Part shown: positions 47,046-57,224 of the stretch, one piece after another
Layout: each line of letters starts with the position of its first letter
Numbering within the stretch: position 1 is the stretch's first letter
Sequence record: PQ511146.1
Origin: Escherichia phage NHEP1
Length of the DNA stretch: 64,000 nt
Strand: one strand, 5' to 3'
Translations under genes and position numbers: made by a program
Notes under the pieces: model-generated
What the model was told of the DNA's origin: nothing
The model's database searches: none
What the model saw: the letters and a program-made list of their open reading frames with translations, nothing else

Positions 47046-49118
47046 TTATGAGAAGTCTGGCGGAACAACATCTTCTACATACCCTTTCAGAGCAACCTGT
47101 CCCATATGCAGAACAGTAGAATCTCTGGCGGTAACAGTGATGCTGTCAGACATTACTTGCGGGTATGCCCACACATACTGTTTTACCTCAGGGTATCTAT
47201 ACTCTATGGTTGCCATGTTTCCGCAGATACATCTCCATAAAAATTCTTGGTAATTCCTGGTTGGGTCGTAGCCATATACCGGAGCAAGCTCTTTGCTAGG
47301 AACGAACCCTGCAAGGTATTGTATTTCAGACGGTTGCCAACCTAACTTAACGATAGGTATGTTTACAGACTCTTTTGCCTTTTCAATACCGCCCTGCATC
47401 ACCCAATCGTAGCACTCGGTGCAGAAGAAATCAAGAGCGCCTGCTTCCTTTTTATATTGGTCGGCAAGGTTCAGTTTTTGCGTAAGCTCGGTTTCCATAA
47501 TGGTCGGGAAAAACAGCAAAGCTGTCATCTGAGCCGATGCAGCATGTGCTTTTATTGCCTTTGAAATAGCTGCAATACGAGCTCCAAGCTTACCACGACA
47601 AAATGCTACATACTTGTCATAAACACCGCCAGTTTTAGGATCGTCAATAGTCCCAATGTCTAGTGCATATTCACCAGTCTCATCATAAAACGCCTGCTTT
47701 GTAGGGTAGTCATAAATACAAGGCTTACGAGTATCGGTATTGAACCACCACCACGGTTCACCAATCTGCATAATCACTGGCAGGTTGTTTCTCATAGCGG
47801 CTGATGCAAAATTCTTAAATACTGCAGTAAGGAAATTCATACCCTCTTCAATGGTTGGAGACAGGAGGTAACTACAAGGCGTATAGCCTGTTTTAGCATA
47901 GTTATCGTTCCAGTCTCTCTGGGTCCATTCCAACGGACAGGCATCGCTATAAAGCTCAAAGCTTACAGACTGCATAACGTCGAAGTCATGTCGTTTGGCA
48001 TTGTACATAAAATCATCATGCCATTTATAAGCTGCAGCGTTTAGAGCTCCTGTTTTGTTTATAGACCATTGGGTTCCTGACCATGTGTAGTCATAATAAT
48101 GGCTCATACCAACATAATGGTTTATGGTTCCTGTATAGCCCAGACGCTTGATATTACTCAACACCCTTAAAGGGGATACGTTCCACATATCGTCATATGC
48201 TGTGCAGATCCCAACATCGTGTTCTTTCACCTGAATATTGTTAAGTTGCATCATTTTCCAGCCTGTGTCCGGCTGAAGAAGATCTAGACGCAACTCACAC
48301 TCTACATTTTCCGTTCTCGGGTCTGTGCTATTACCTACCCAATCTTTAGGCATAAGTGGTATTAGAATCCTTCTCACCTGCCGGGGATCAACACCCATCA
48401 TGTTGTTGTTCTGGTCCATCCCGACGCAGTCCTCGAAATCAATATGAATTTCTGCAACATTCTTATCCTCTGAGATGCTGACAGCATATTGAGCTAAAGG
48501 AACATAGATGATTGTACCATCAACAAGGTCTACAGTCATAATCATCTTTTCAGGGGTGGAGAAGTTGCTGGCATTGGTTATTGACATTCTGAACCAAAGC
48601 TTGGTGTTTCTCATCTCGTAGTGATCATCAAATCCAATGCCGAAATGGTCATACTTGTCAACTGTTTCCCAAATGCACCCAGCCATGCCCCCATATGTTC
48701 TTGACACTAAACGATTAATACAGCAGTTATTATCCGCAACAATACAGGTGCTTTCAGTCTGCTGTGTGGTTGTAACCCAGTATCTTGGGTGAAACATTCT
48801 CTCCTCAACGGTATCCCAAGATATTCTGTCAAGATTTTCATCTGAAACTATTGTACATTTCGCTCTTTGTGTTCCAATCATAACCCCTTGGGAGTTTGAT
48901 GAAAACTCCATAAAGAAGCTCCTTGGCAACCTGTTTGGCAATTTGTCAACAATTTCTACAGGGATCTCGATACTGGTTGCCCCAACCGGGATAGTTACAT
49001 CGCCCTCAACATGATCATAATCCCTACCCGGAACTGCAGTATCCTGAACTGTGCGGTAATGAAACCGTGCAGCCATTGTAGAGTAATCACGGTAAGGTTT
49101 AAAAACAGCTGTTGCCAT
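47046..49118 (-). CDS. tail/baseplate-associated structural protein (690 aa)
   Basis: large ORF inside the structural operon; no diagnostic motif. Confidence 0.6.
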   Translation of the reverse strand: MATAVFKPYRDYSTMAARFHYRTVQDTAVPGRDYDHVEGDVTIPVGATSIEIPVEIVDKLPNRLPRSFFMEFSSNSQGVMIGTQRAKCTIVSDENLDRISWDTVEERMFHPRYWVTTTQQTESTCIVADNNCCINRLVSRTYGGMAGCIWETVDKYDHFGIGFDDHYEMRNTKLWFRMSITNASNFSTPEKMIMTVDLVDGTIIYVPLAQYAVSISEDKNVAEIHIDFEDCVGMDQNNNMMGVDPRQVRRILIPLMPKDWVGNSTDPRTENVECELRLDLLQPDTGWKMMQLNNIQVKEHDVGICTAYDDMWNVSPLRVLSNIKRLGYTGTINHYVGMSHYYDYTWSGTQWSINKTGALNAAAYKWHDDFMYNAKRHDFDVMQSVSFELYSDACPLEWTQRDWNDNYAKTGYTPCSYLLSPTIEEGMNFLTAVFKNFASAAMRNNLPVIMQIGEPWWWFNTDTRKPCIYDYPTKQAFYDETGEYALDIGTIDDPKTGGVYDKYVAFCRGKLGARIAAISKAIKAHAASAQMTALLFFPTIMETELTQKLNLADQYKKEAGALDFFCTECYDWVMQGGIEKAKESVNIPIVKLGWQPSEIQYLAGFVPSKELAPVYGYDPTRNYQEFLWRCICGNMATIEYRYPEVKQYVWAYPQVMSDSITVTARDSTVLHMGQVALKGYVEDVVPPDFS

Positions 49119-49804
49119 TAACCCTCCTGTCTAGTTGCGTTTACTGTAATACTTTCACAATAAATGGTTGTAGTGTCCCAATCAGGTCTTACGTCAGGAA
49201 CATATAACAAAGTAGCCAGCCCACCAACCCCGAACTGATTTTCTTCCCACACTGATCCAAAGCCGAGAGCTGTAGAGTCCCCTTCAAAACCAAAAGCTTG
49301 CCCTTGCGACTCCGTAAGACGCAAATGACAAGGCAATGGCAGCATATCCAAGATCTGGTCGATAGACTGCAATATGTCAAAGCAAGTTTTTCTAATGTTT
49401 ATGTCAAACCTGAAATTGTCACCTTTCCACGTATCGAAATTATCTCTTCCGAACAACTGTCGTAAGGTGGAGATGACATCTTCGCGAGTACCACCTCTTG
49501 ATGATGCTGCCTGCTGAATAATCAGTGTAGCACGAAAATCCGCATCTGAAAGCCCATTCCGAAGAATACCAAGTTGATTACCAACTTCGTCAAGGTATCT
49601 TCCGCTGGCATTGTTAAGCAGTCTTCCTTCAGCCAAACCTACCAGCATCTTATCAACATTCTCCAACCTTTTAAGGTACACGGTTAAGAATGTGACTAAA
49701 TTAACCTTCTCAGCCAGAAAATCTCCAGGTAGGTAGTCAAGACCCCCCTGAACAAAATCTGGCAGAGTGTGGATGTGGTTGACATCCGACTTAATCTCTG
49801 CCAT
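49118..49804 (-). CDS. structural protein, possibly baseplate gpI-like (228 aa)
   Basis: size and position after a J-type baseplate-like gene; tentative. Confidence 0.45.
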   Translation of the reverse strand: MAEIKSDVNHIHTLPDFVQGGLDYLPGDFLAEKVNLVTFLTVYLKRLENVDKMLVGLAEGRLLNNASGRYLDEVGNQLGILRNGLSDADFRATLIIQQAASSRGGTREDVISTLRQLFGRDNFDTWKGDNFRFDINIRKTCFDILQSIDQILDMLPLPCHLRLTESQGQAFGFEGDSTALGFGSVWEENQFGVGGLATLLYVPDVRPDWDTTTIYCESITVNATRQEG

Positions 49805-49815
49805 ATCTCGCCGCC

Positions 49816-51306
49816 TTAAATAGTTTGTTGGAAAGTTATATTACTTTCGTCGAGGTCAAACACCTCGGTCATGTTTGCAACAATATCGTTTGTAGTGTAA
49901 GCTTCGTCAGAGGCTCCTACAGGTTTAACTTGAATTACCAATCTGTTAAATCTGCCTATCGACACAGCAGCGGATGCAGCACCTACCAATTGGATATTGT
50001 ACAACGTATCGGCGACATCCAAGCCGTTAACAACCTGTAAAAGAGCCTCTACAATGGCATCTTTTTCGGTTGTGGAAAGCGCAGCACCTGAGTAGGTAAT
50101 TCTTACATCTAGGCGGTAGGTATTTGCCTTGGAGTAATAAATCCTTTCAGTCTGACCGTCTGATGTGGTAATATCGTAGAAGATATTCCCATAAGTTCTG
50201 TTTGTGCAAGCTATGGTTTGATACAGTGCCTGACAGATATCCTCTGTTGCACCACCAAACACCACCACTTGAAACTTATAAGGTGGTATACCTTTCGCAT
50301 CCGTTTTATCGGTGTTGTTGGAGAACACTCTTACTTTCTCAACACCTTTCACCTCGCTTACAGCGCTAAGGATTGCAGGACGGGTAGCTTTAGATGTCAG
50401 CTGTTTAGTGCTGGAAGCTCTTAAGCGATACTCAGAGTCTTTCTCAACATCCCTACCCTCATTGAATCTTTCTCGGTTGGTAAGCTTGATAAATCCACTG
50501 GGAGTAGGTGACATTGTTGTCACGGTTTCTGCCTCTCTTGACAGCTCACCAGCCTCGTTAGCGATAACATCTAGGGTGATAGTTCTTTCCCCTACAATCG
50601 GGGATACTCTGAAATCTACCCTGCTATTAAGTCCAACTTGATCAAGATTCGAATTGTACCCTATCCACAACGTCCCTGTCAACATATCTATCTGAATTAG
50701 ATCATCATTCAGCAGGGTTGTATTATCGACAATGAATTGCTTAATCTCGCCGTAAAAGCTTGGCAAATCAGAAGAGTCCAGAGCCTTATCTGTTAAAACC
50801 AGACTTTTTGTTTTGATACTTCCGTCTGTCTGGTTGGTAATTTGAAAGTTGTATTTCCCAATTCTTAGGTCTGGAGCGTTTATTCTGTGAGCAATAAGAT
50901 TTCCCGCCACCTGCACATCGTTGCTAAGAACAAAGTTGCCACTGTCCAGCGTATAAGTTTTGGAATCATAAATCATATTGTACGGCACAGTTGTGTTGAT
51001 TGTCAACTGGCAGGTACCTGATGATTTAGAACGGCCTCTTCGGTAAATACCCTGTCTTCCAAGAAGCTCATCCAGGTAAATACCTTCTGCCCCATATAGC
51101 GTCTGTGATGCGTATACAGATGCTGCCATAAGAATAAGTTGATATTCTCGCTCGTTGAAAATAGTGGTCAGCTTATCTGCAACTGAGTTACTTTGTACGT
51201 TGAAGTTTTCGCCAAAAGCACGGATCAGGCTTTGCTTAGTTTCAACGATTAGGTCATTTAGGGTTGGTATAACGAAACCAGCCTCTGTCAATCCATACTT
51301 AGCCAC
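49816..51306 (-). CDS. structural protein, possibly baseplate J-like (496 aa)
   Basis: GTG 4 nt after GGAGGAG; first gene after internal promoter; tentative family call. Confidence 0.5.
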   Translation of the reverse strand: MAKYGLTEAGFVIPTLNDLIVETKQSLIRAFGENFNVQSNSVADKLTTIFNEREYQLILMAASVYASQTLYGAEGIYLDELLGRQGIYRRGRSKSSGTCQLTINTTVPYNMIYDSKTYTLDSGNFVLSNDVQVAGNLIAHRINAPDLRIGKYNFQITNQTDGSIKTKSLVLTDKALDSSDLPSFYGEIKQFIVDNTTLLNDDLIQIDMLTGTLWIGYNSNLDQVGLNSRVDFRVSPIVGERTITLDVIANEAGELSREAETVTTMSPTPSGFIKLTNRERFNEGRDVEKDSEYRLRASSTKQLTSKATRPAILSAVSEVKGVEKVRVFSNNTDKTDAKGIPPYKFQVVVFGGATEDICQALYQTIACTNRTYGNIFYDITTSDGQTERIYYSKANTYRLDVRITYSGAALSTTEKDAIVEALLQVVNGLDVADTLYNIQLVGAASAAVSIGRFNRLVIQVKPVGASDEAYTTNDIVANMTEVFDLDESNITFQQTI

Positions 51307-51339
51307 GTCACTCCTCCGGTATGAAAATCTCTACAAGGT

Positions 51340-51368
51340 ATTTTACCAAATTTTGTAACAATAGTCAA
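51340..51368 (-). promoter_or_regulatory. sigma70-like promoter (TTGACT-17-TAAAAT) inside the structural module
   Basis: hexamers between terminator 51376..51404 and gene start 51306. Confidence 0.55.
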
Positions 51369-51375
51369 TCTGAGC

Positions 51376-51404
51376 ATAAAAATAAACCCCGCCGAAGCGG
51401 GGCT
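51376..51404 (-). terminator. rho-independent terminator (CCCCGC-UUCG-GCGGGG + U-run)
   Basis: same hairpin as at 25240 and 57198; follows the J-like gene. Confidence 0.6.
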
Positions 51405-51411
51405 TTAAAGG

Positions 51412-54400
51412 TTAGTCGTGAGACTCGTTCCAAGGTCCCTGGAAGCTTGAGTTAGAACGACTAACGATCACAGTGGGACAGGAGATTGTGACACCTGTCA
51501 CGCTAGACGTTGACCACGGTGTGTAAATCTCGATAACAATGTCTATAGTTTGTTCACCCAGACCTGTTATCCCTACCGCACACATGCCGTTGTTGTCGTT
51601 AAAATACTTCTTGCCAGCAAGGATCTGATGACCAGCTATCCATGCATTCAGCTGGGAGCTGGCAAGAGTACCATTCAGTTTAAAGAAGAATGTTACGTTC
51701 TTACCCTGACCTGAAACGTTATCTACGTATCTCCACCTCCAACGGCAAACCCTTTGCCGGGAGTTGTATACTGGAGCACAATCTCCGTAAGTCCTGTGTG
51801 CAACAATCGCACCTTCGAACTGGTTAGCACGGATAACGGAAGCTTCTACACGTCCACGGAATGTACCTCCTGTTGCATCTATGGTTCCTCTAAAGCTACC
51901 GTTGTTGGCATAAACATCCCCACGGAAGGTGCCACTGGTAGCGTTAACTGCCCCTGTGAAGTTACCTGCACTAGCGTTGATGTTACCTTTCACCCACACA
52001 TCCATAAACTGGGCGTGCCCGTTCTTGTTAATATACCAACCGTATTTGTGGTACCCGTTGCCATCGTAGTTGTTTGACGAAATTTCTTGCGCGATCTTGG
52101 CAGAAGAGATCGTGCCGTTCTCTATAAAAGCGTCTTTCAAGAACGCTTGGTTGTTCTTGATTGCGAAAGCAAGGGTTGCTGTTCCATTGCCTGGGTTGTA
52201 TACCGCAAAGTTGTTTGCGCTAACCATGAAATATGACTGAACTTGGCCTCCAGAGCCTTCCATGCCTAACTGGATACCTGCCACATACTTATTCCCTGCG
52301 GAGTCTACCTGTATTTTTGTGCCCCATTGAGCATTTACTTTGCCCTCTAAGTCGGTCACAGCCTTAGATGTTGTAGCCACTGCAGCTCTGAGTTCGGTCA
52401 CATCTCCAACATCATCAATAATCTCCTGCTTAGCAACAGCAAGTTCTTGACGAATAGCTGACGCTGTGCCATTAATAAGGTCAACAGTAGACTTATTAGT
52501 TTCAGAAATATTCGCAGACAATTCTTTCTTAGTCTGAGTCAGCTTATTATCCAACCCGTTAATGTTATTGGTGTTGGTTGTAATCTGCCCTTTAGCAGTG
52601 GTTAACTGCTCAGTCAAAGCTGCCGTTTTCTGATTCAATAGGTCAGTTGTGGCCTTGTTGGTGGTAGAAATCAACGTATTAAGATCAGACTTGGCGGTGT
52701 TTATCTTACCATCAAGCGTGGTGTAGTTTTTGGACACTGTGGCGTTGGTCTGGCTAATCTTCTGGTCAAGAGTCTCAGAAGTTCTGTTCAGCAAGTCCAC
52801 AGTGGCCTGGTTAGTGCTCAGAATGCTCGCATCCAACTCAGATCTTTGAGTATTCAACTTGCCCTCTAGGCTCTTATCACCAGCCAGATAGCCTTTTTCA
52901 ACATCTCCGATCTGCTCAGTCAACTCTCCCTGTGCAGCAACCAGTTTTTCATCCAACGCCTCTGTTTTCTTATTAAGAAGATCAGTGGTGGATTTGTTGG
53001 TTGACTCAATCAAGGATGATAGTTTAGCACTCTCATTTTGCAGGTTGTTGGTCAACTCACCTTTCGTTGCTGTCAGCTTGTTATCTAAAGCCTCAGTTTT
53101 CCGATTAAGGAGATCTGTAGTCGTTTTATTGGTTGAAACAATTAGAGAGTTCAGCTCAGAGCTTTCCTGTGCCAAAGCATCTTCCAATTCACCCCTTGTT
53201 GAAACAATCTTCTCGTCCAAAGCTTCAGTTTTCTGATTTAACAGATCGGTTGTAGCTTTGTTAGTGGTCTGTATTAGAGAAGTCAGCTTACCACTTTCTT
53301 TAGAAAGATCATCTGCAAACTTGTTCTGAGTGGCTACCAGTTTCTGGTCTAGAGTGGTAAGCGTTCCATTAACGTCCTGGAAGTTGTCGTGGGTTTCTTG
53401 GATGAATATTCCAACCCTATTCCCCAACTGAGCATACAGCTTGTCTACTCTAGAGAACTCACCTTCCATGTGGTCAAAAGCCTCGTCAACTCTACCATCC
53501 ATGTACCTGTTAAGTTCTGTGACACGATTTTCAACCTCTTCAATAGAGGAATCTAAAGTGCTCATCAACTCTTTATAAGTTTCTGTCTTTTTAAATTCAG
53601 CATCTATCTGAGGCATCAAATCTTCAATAGAGGTGTAGCAGCGTGCAGCGCATTCTATAAACTGAGAACTACCAAAAGCGTTTGTGGTTCGAATATACCA
53701 ATAATAGATCTTATCGTTCTGCAGACCTTCAGATGTCCAAGTTGAACCAACACCCATACGAGTGGCTTTTGAAGTAACGGTTGCATCACTTGTGTCTGGC
53801 AACCTTGTCATACCAGATGTCCAAAAGTCATACTGGGTGCTTACACTTGCTAAGTCCCTGCTGTGCGGAATCAAGGTGATAGCAAAGTATCCCTGCTTAA
53901 CTTCTACAGAAACCGGAGCTTCAGGTGCCTGAATGTTAAACTCGCAGTACGCTTCTGGAGATACACCACCTTTATAAGATGTTGCAACCACGGTTGCTGT
54001 GTATGACCCTTTGGTCAATCCTTCTACACGGACAAACTGCTCTACTGTTTGTGCTGTCCAAATAATTTCTCCGTTCTTTCTTACCTGCACAATATTTTGA
54101 GCATAAGTTCCAACGTTGTCCCAAGCCAAAACACCATGAGTTACTTCCCCAGCTTGAAGAACAGAGTATCTGAAGTTTTGCGGTTGAGCTACGCCGGACG
54201 GGGATATCGGAATATCCACATCGCCAGAATCCGGAAGTTGCCCTGTGGCATCATTCCACTCTTTAGCATCTTGACGGAGTTTTACCTTGACACCGCCCTT
54301 TTTGGTGAACTCCCACTCAAGAACCCTCATTTCTTGGCCCACTATACCAATACTTGGAAGGTCCATCGTAACGTAACGCCCAGGCTTAAATTTAAAACCC

Positions 54401-55557
54401 CGCATATTGCAGGTTACTTCAATAATCCTACCAGCTCTGGCACGTCTTAAGAAGATTGCAGAAACACGCTGAGCTTGATAAGGACTGGTAACAAAGCGAT
54501 AATCTATATCGATTATCTTTCTTTCTCCATCCTTCTCTATCCACTCTGGGACAAACACTGATGGAAAATCTGTTTCAGAATATCCTTTAGCCGGACTAGT
54601 GAATCTGCCAGTTATTGTGTTGGATCTTTTGTCGAAGGAGGCTTCAGGATAGATCTTAACCTCACCGCAAACACAGTCCTCACTCAGTGTCATTGTTGCC
54701 GGGCCATAGTATGCACCTACCAGCAGACCATATTTGCCAGCTACATAGCTAAGGTCTGCACCACAAGCTTTCAGCATCTCTGCCATAATGCTTGCTGGTG
54801 CTTCATCCATGTCGAACTCGCCATTAATGGTGTAACGGCGCTCACTGGTTCCGTCCGCGTTTTTTACAGCCTCGTCGCATATGTTGGCAGCTTCCTTGAA
54901 GGACTCCCAGTTGATGGTTTCGTCAGGACATTTAAGGTACGTTCTTAGATAGTCCAGAATCACCAAGGCAGCGTTGTTGGTATACACCTCTTTACTGATA
55001 CGAGGATCATAACATTTTTTACCAACCTTGACGAGTGTAACGTTTGGCAACCCAAAAGGAAACTTGTTAGGGTCAAACTTAAAGCTGGCACGTAGCCAAC
55101 TGATCCCTCTACCTATCATGTCTGGTGACCACGAAGGGCAGTGTGTGCCCATGAAAGGATCAGAGGTTTTCCTGTCGTTATGCAACTCCCACGATACCAA
55201 ATCCCCATACGAGGAAATAGGATTACCGTCGATAAGTATATCTTCTATACCTTCCAAGGGATGATTGGCAAGAACAATAGCACAATGAAGGGTTCTGTCC
55301 CTGTCCTGCTCTAAAAACGCAAGCAATCCAGATGTGCGTGTCTTCCCATATACTACAGAGCAAGGTGCAGCAGAAGATCTGAGAAGTTTTTGTCTATCTT
55401 GTTGACTTCTGTAAGATTTGTTGCCTTCGAAAATCTTATCAAGGGTTCTGGTGGTAACAGTGTTCAGGCTGTCAGCCAGAGCTGCCTTGGATGCGTTCCA
55501 GTCATAGCTCGAAGATCTTGCAGAAGCAACGATGTTATCAATCATTGCAATTGGCAT
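51412..55557 (-). CDS. lambda J-like tail tip / host-specificity protein (1381 aa)
   Basis: segments APEAPVSVEVKQGYFAITLIPH, DFWTS, YYWYIRTTNAFGSSQFIE parallel lambda gpJ as recalled from memory; GGAGG SD; internal coiled-coil repeat array. Confidence 0.65.
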   Translation of the reverse strand: MPIAMIDNIVASARSSSYDWNASKAALADSLNTVTTRTLDKIFEGNKSYRSQQDRQKLLRSSAAPCSVVYGKTRTSGLLAFLEQDRDRTLHCAIVLANHPLEGIEDILIDGNPISSYGDLVSWELHNDRKTSDPFMGTHCPSWSPDMIGRGISWLRASFKFDPNKFPFGLPNVTLVKVGKKCYDPRISKEVYTNNAALVILDYLRTYLKCPDETINWESFKEAANICDEAVKNADGTSERRYTINGEFDMDEAPASIMAEMLKACGADLSYVAGKYGLLVGAYYGPATMTLSEDCVCGEVKIYPEASFDKRSNTITGRFTSPAKGYSETDFPSVFVPEWIEKDGERKIIDIDYRFVTSPYQAQRVSAIFLRRARAGRIIEVTCNMRGFKFKPGRYVTMDLPSIGIVGQEMRVLEWEFTKKGGVKVKLRQDAKEWNDATGQLPDSGDVDIPISPSGVAQPQNFRYSVLQAGEVTHGVLAWDNVGTYAQNIVQVRKNGEIIWTAQTVEQFVRVEGLTKGSYTATVVATSYKGGVSPEAYCEFNIQAPEAPVSVEVKQGYFAITLIPHSRDLASVSTQYDFWTSGMTRLPDTSDATVTSKATRMGVGSTWTSEGLQNDKIYYWYIRTTNAFGSSQFIECAARCYTSIEDLMPQIDAEFKKTETYKELMSTLDSSIEEVENRVTELNRYMDGRVDEAFDHMEGEFSRVDKLYAQLGNRVGIFIQETHDNFQDVNGTLTTLDQKLVATQNKFADDLSKESGKLTSLIQTTNKATTDLLNQKTEALDEKIVSTRGELEDALAQESSELNSLIVSTNKTTTDLLNRKTEALDNKLTATKGELTNNLQNESAKLSSLIESTNKSTTDLLNKKTEALDEKLVAAQGELTEQIGDVEKGYLAGDKSLEGKLNTQRSELDASILSTNQATVDLLNRTSETLDQKISQTNATVSKNYTTLDGKINTAKSDLNTLISTTNKATTDLLNQKTAALTEQLTTAKGQITTNTNNINGLDNKLTQTKKELSANISETNKSTVDLINGTASAIRQELAVAKQEIIDDVGDVTELRAAVATTSKAVTDLEGKVNAQWGTKIQVDSAGNKYVAGIQLGMEGSGGQVQSYFMVSANNFAVYNPGNGTATLAFAIKNNQAFLKDAFIENGTISSAKIAQEISSNNYDGNGYHKYGWYINKNGHAQFMDVWVKGNINASAGNFTGAVNATSGTFRGDVYANNGSFRGTIDATGGTFRGRVEASVIRANQFEGAIVAHRTYGDCAPVYNSRQRVCRWRWRYVDNVSGQGKNVTFFFKLNGTLASSQLNAWIAGHQILAGKKYFNDNNGMCAVGITGLGEQTIDIVIEIYTPWSTSSVTGVTISCPTVIVSRSNSSFQGPWNESHD
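52400..53300 (-). repeat. intragenic tandem repeats encoding about 33-aa coiled-coil units (S.L.SLI..TNK.TTDLLN.KTEALD.KL)
   Basis: at least six repeat units in the translated J-like protein; bounds approximate. Confidence 0.5.
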
Positions 55558-55982
55558 TAATACCTCCAGACATCAACAACGATAGAATCTTTCATGTCGA
55601 ACATAAAGATCCCTTTATCACCTTTCGCCCAAATCTGGTTGTTCCAGAACACACCAGCGGTGAGCCCGTTCAGACCTTCGAAAATAACAATATCACCACG
55701 CTGAACCTGTTTAGGAGTATCCAGTCGAGTCAAAAAGAGATCAAAAATAGTAGGCAGATGTGTGGTTTTGAAACGAAGCATGCACCATCTCTTGCTTTCC
55801 AACTCTGTTTTATACGTTCCTTCAAAGTTAGAAAGAAAATCTGTTCCGTATTGGGCATCAACACACTTAGCCGCAAAAGTGCAGCAATCGTGGAATCCCC
55901 ATTCAAACGGGATGGTGGCTTCTTCGTCAAACACTTTCCACAATCTTTCTTGCCAGTCCACTAAACGAGGGTGTGTGCTCAT
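55557..55982 (-). CDS. tail tip-associated protein (141 aa)
   Basis: ATG 4 nt after GGGAGG (track TTG at 55994); FHDCC segment, peptidase assignment not supportable. Confidence 0.5.
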   Translation of the reverse strand: MSTHPRLVDWQERLWKVFDEEATIPFEWGFHDCCTFAAKCVDAQYGTDFLSNFEGTYKTELESKRWCMLRFKTTHLPTIFDLFLTRLDTPKQVQRGDIVIFEGLNGLTAGVFWNNQIWAKGDKGIFMFDMKDSIVVDVWRY

Positions 55983-56533
55983 TAAACCTCCCAAATGATC
56001 GGGCGGCTTGCCACCTGATCCACATATTTAAAAAATCTGTCATTATCGTTTCTTGAGCTATGGCTCTCCTCTGTGTACCGATAAGGAAAACCTCTTAACC
56101 AGCTGTTGAAGATGGAAGATATGGATATGGACAAAGCACTATTCTCCCCTGTCTGAATAGCCATGTCTGTTATAAGGCCGTCAAACAAGCCATTGGTTGT
56201 AACAGGTAAACCATTCTCCATAGCTGTGATATACAACGTGGCACGACAACCCGAATACTCCGTCTTCAGCAGATCACCTACATACTTGGGATCAAACCCG
56301 TTCAATGTTGCTACCACAGATCCGAAGTTGGTGGCATCTTTCTCAGACACAGCAGTCAATGTTGCTGATCCACCTATCCCTATAAAATGTTGCCCCTCAA
56401 TCACCACAACACCAGTTCCTGAGCACACCCTGACAGTCCCTGTTGGTAGCTCTAGCTTTGCAGCAATTAAGATCTCAACACTATCAAGCTCCAGCTTTTC
56501 AAGAAATAAATTATCTAATGGCGCTCTAATCAT
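55982..56533 (-). CDS. tail tip-associated protein (183 aa)
   Basis: ATG 8 nt after GAGGA (track TTG at 56548). Confidence 0.5.
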   Translation of the reverse strand: MIRAPLDNLFLEKLELDSVEILIAAKLELPTGTVRVCSGTGVVVIEGQHFIGIGGSATLTAVSEKDATNFGSVVATLNGFDPKYVGDLLKTEYSGCRATLYITAMENGLPVTTNGLFDGLITDMAIQTGENSALSISISSIFNSWLRGFPYRYTEESHSSRNDNDRFFKYVDQVASRPIIWEV

Positions 56534-56534
56534 C

Positions 56535-57125
56535 TTAGAAATCCTCAAAGAAGTTGATAACTATATTATCACCTTTTTGCATAGCATCGACTTTTTGCTT
56601 AATTTTATAAATATCTCTGATATGAAACCTACCCTTTGGGGATTGAGTTATTATCTTCATAGTGTCCCCTGCGGCAATAGGTTTTCTAAGTCTTGGAGAT
56701 ATGCTTATAACAGCAGACCCAACACCATCGCTGCGCACTGGAGCTGTTACCACTTTCAATTCATCGTTAACAGATATTTTATCCCCAGCTCTGGCTATGT
56801 CTCTGTTTGGCTCCCATCCGACCGTCTTCAAAAAATCGTCGTTACCAGTAGGCCCAAGGGCGATTGGCTCATTAGCTGTTACTGAGTGACCGTACGTTTT
56901 AATAAGAAAAATGTTCCCATCTTTATACACCTGATCAACAAAGCTCTTAAGCTCTAGCAGTTGTGACTCGCTGATATTGGAAACCGTCAAAGTGCCTTTC
57001 CAGTTAGGTGTGGCATAGGTCACTTTTTGCGTTTTACCTGTAAACGGACTTTTAAACGTAACAATATCTGCCAGCAGCTCCAATCTGATGTCTGGAAGGT
57101 ATCTAGGCCTTTCCCATAAAAACAT
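56535..57125 (-). CDS. tail tip-associated protein (196 aa)
   Basis: ATG 4 nt after GGAGG; first gene after terminator 57187..57217. Confidence 0.55.
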   Translation of the reverse strand: MFLWERPRYLPDIRLELLADIVTFKSPFTGKTQKVTYATPNWKGTLTVSNISESQLLELKSFVDQVYKDGNIFLIKTYGHSVTANEPIALGPTGNDDFLKTVGWEPNRDIARAGDKISVNDELKVVTAPVRSDGVGSAVISISPRLRKPIAAGDTMKIITQSPKGRFHIRDIYKIKQKVDAMQKGDNIVINFFEDF

Positions 57126-57186
57126 TGTGCCTCCAGGTTAAACAATCATGATAGTTATTTTACCAGATTTTGAGTTAATACGCAAT

Positions 57187-57217
57187 ACAAACAAAAAGCC
57201 CCCGCCGAAGCGAGGGC
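57187..57217 (-). terminator. rho-independent terminator (GCCCUCGC-UUCG-GCGGGGGC + U-run)
   Basis: hairpin and UUUUUGUUUG on minus strand after the 1272-aa fibre gene. Confidence 0.6.
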
Positions 57218-57224
57218 AAAACAG

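Noticed and set aside
55557-55982. NlpC/P60 cysteine peptidase call for the 141-aa tail protein (FHDCC segment)
   Set aside because: Only a Cys-containing segment resembles the family; no convincing catalytic His or polar third residue could be placed.
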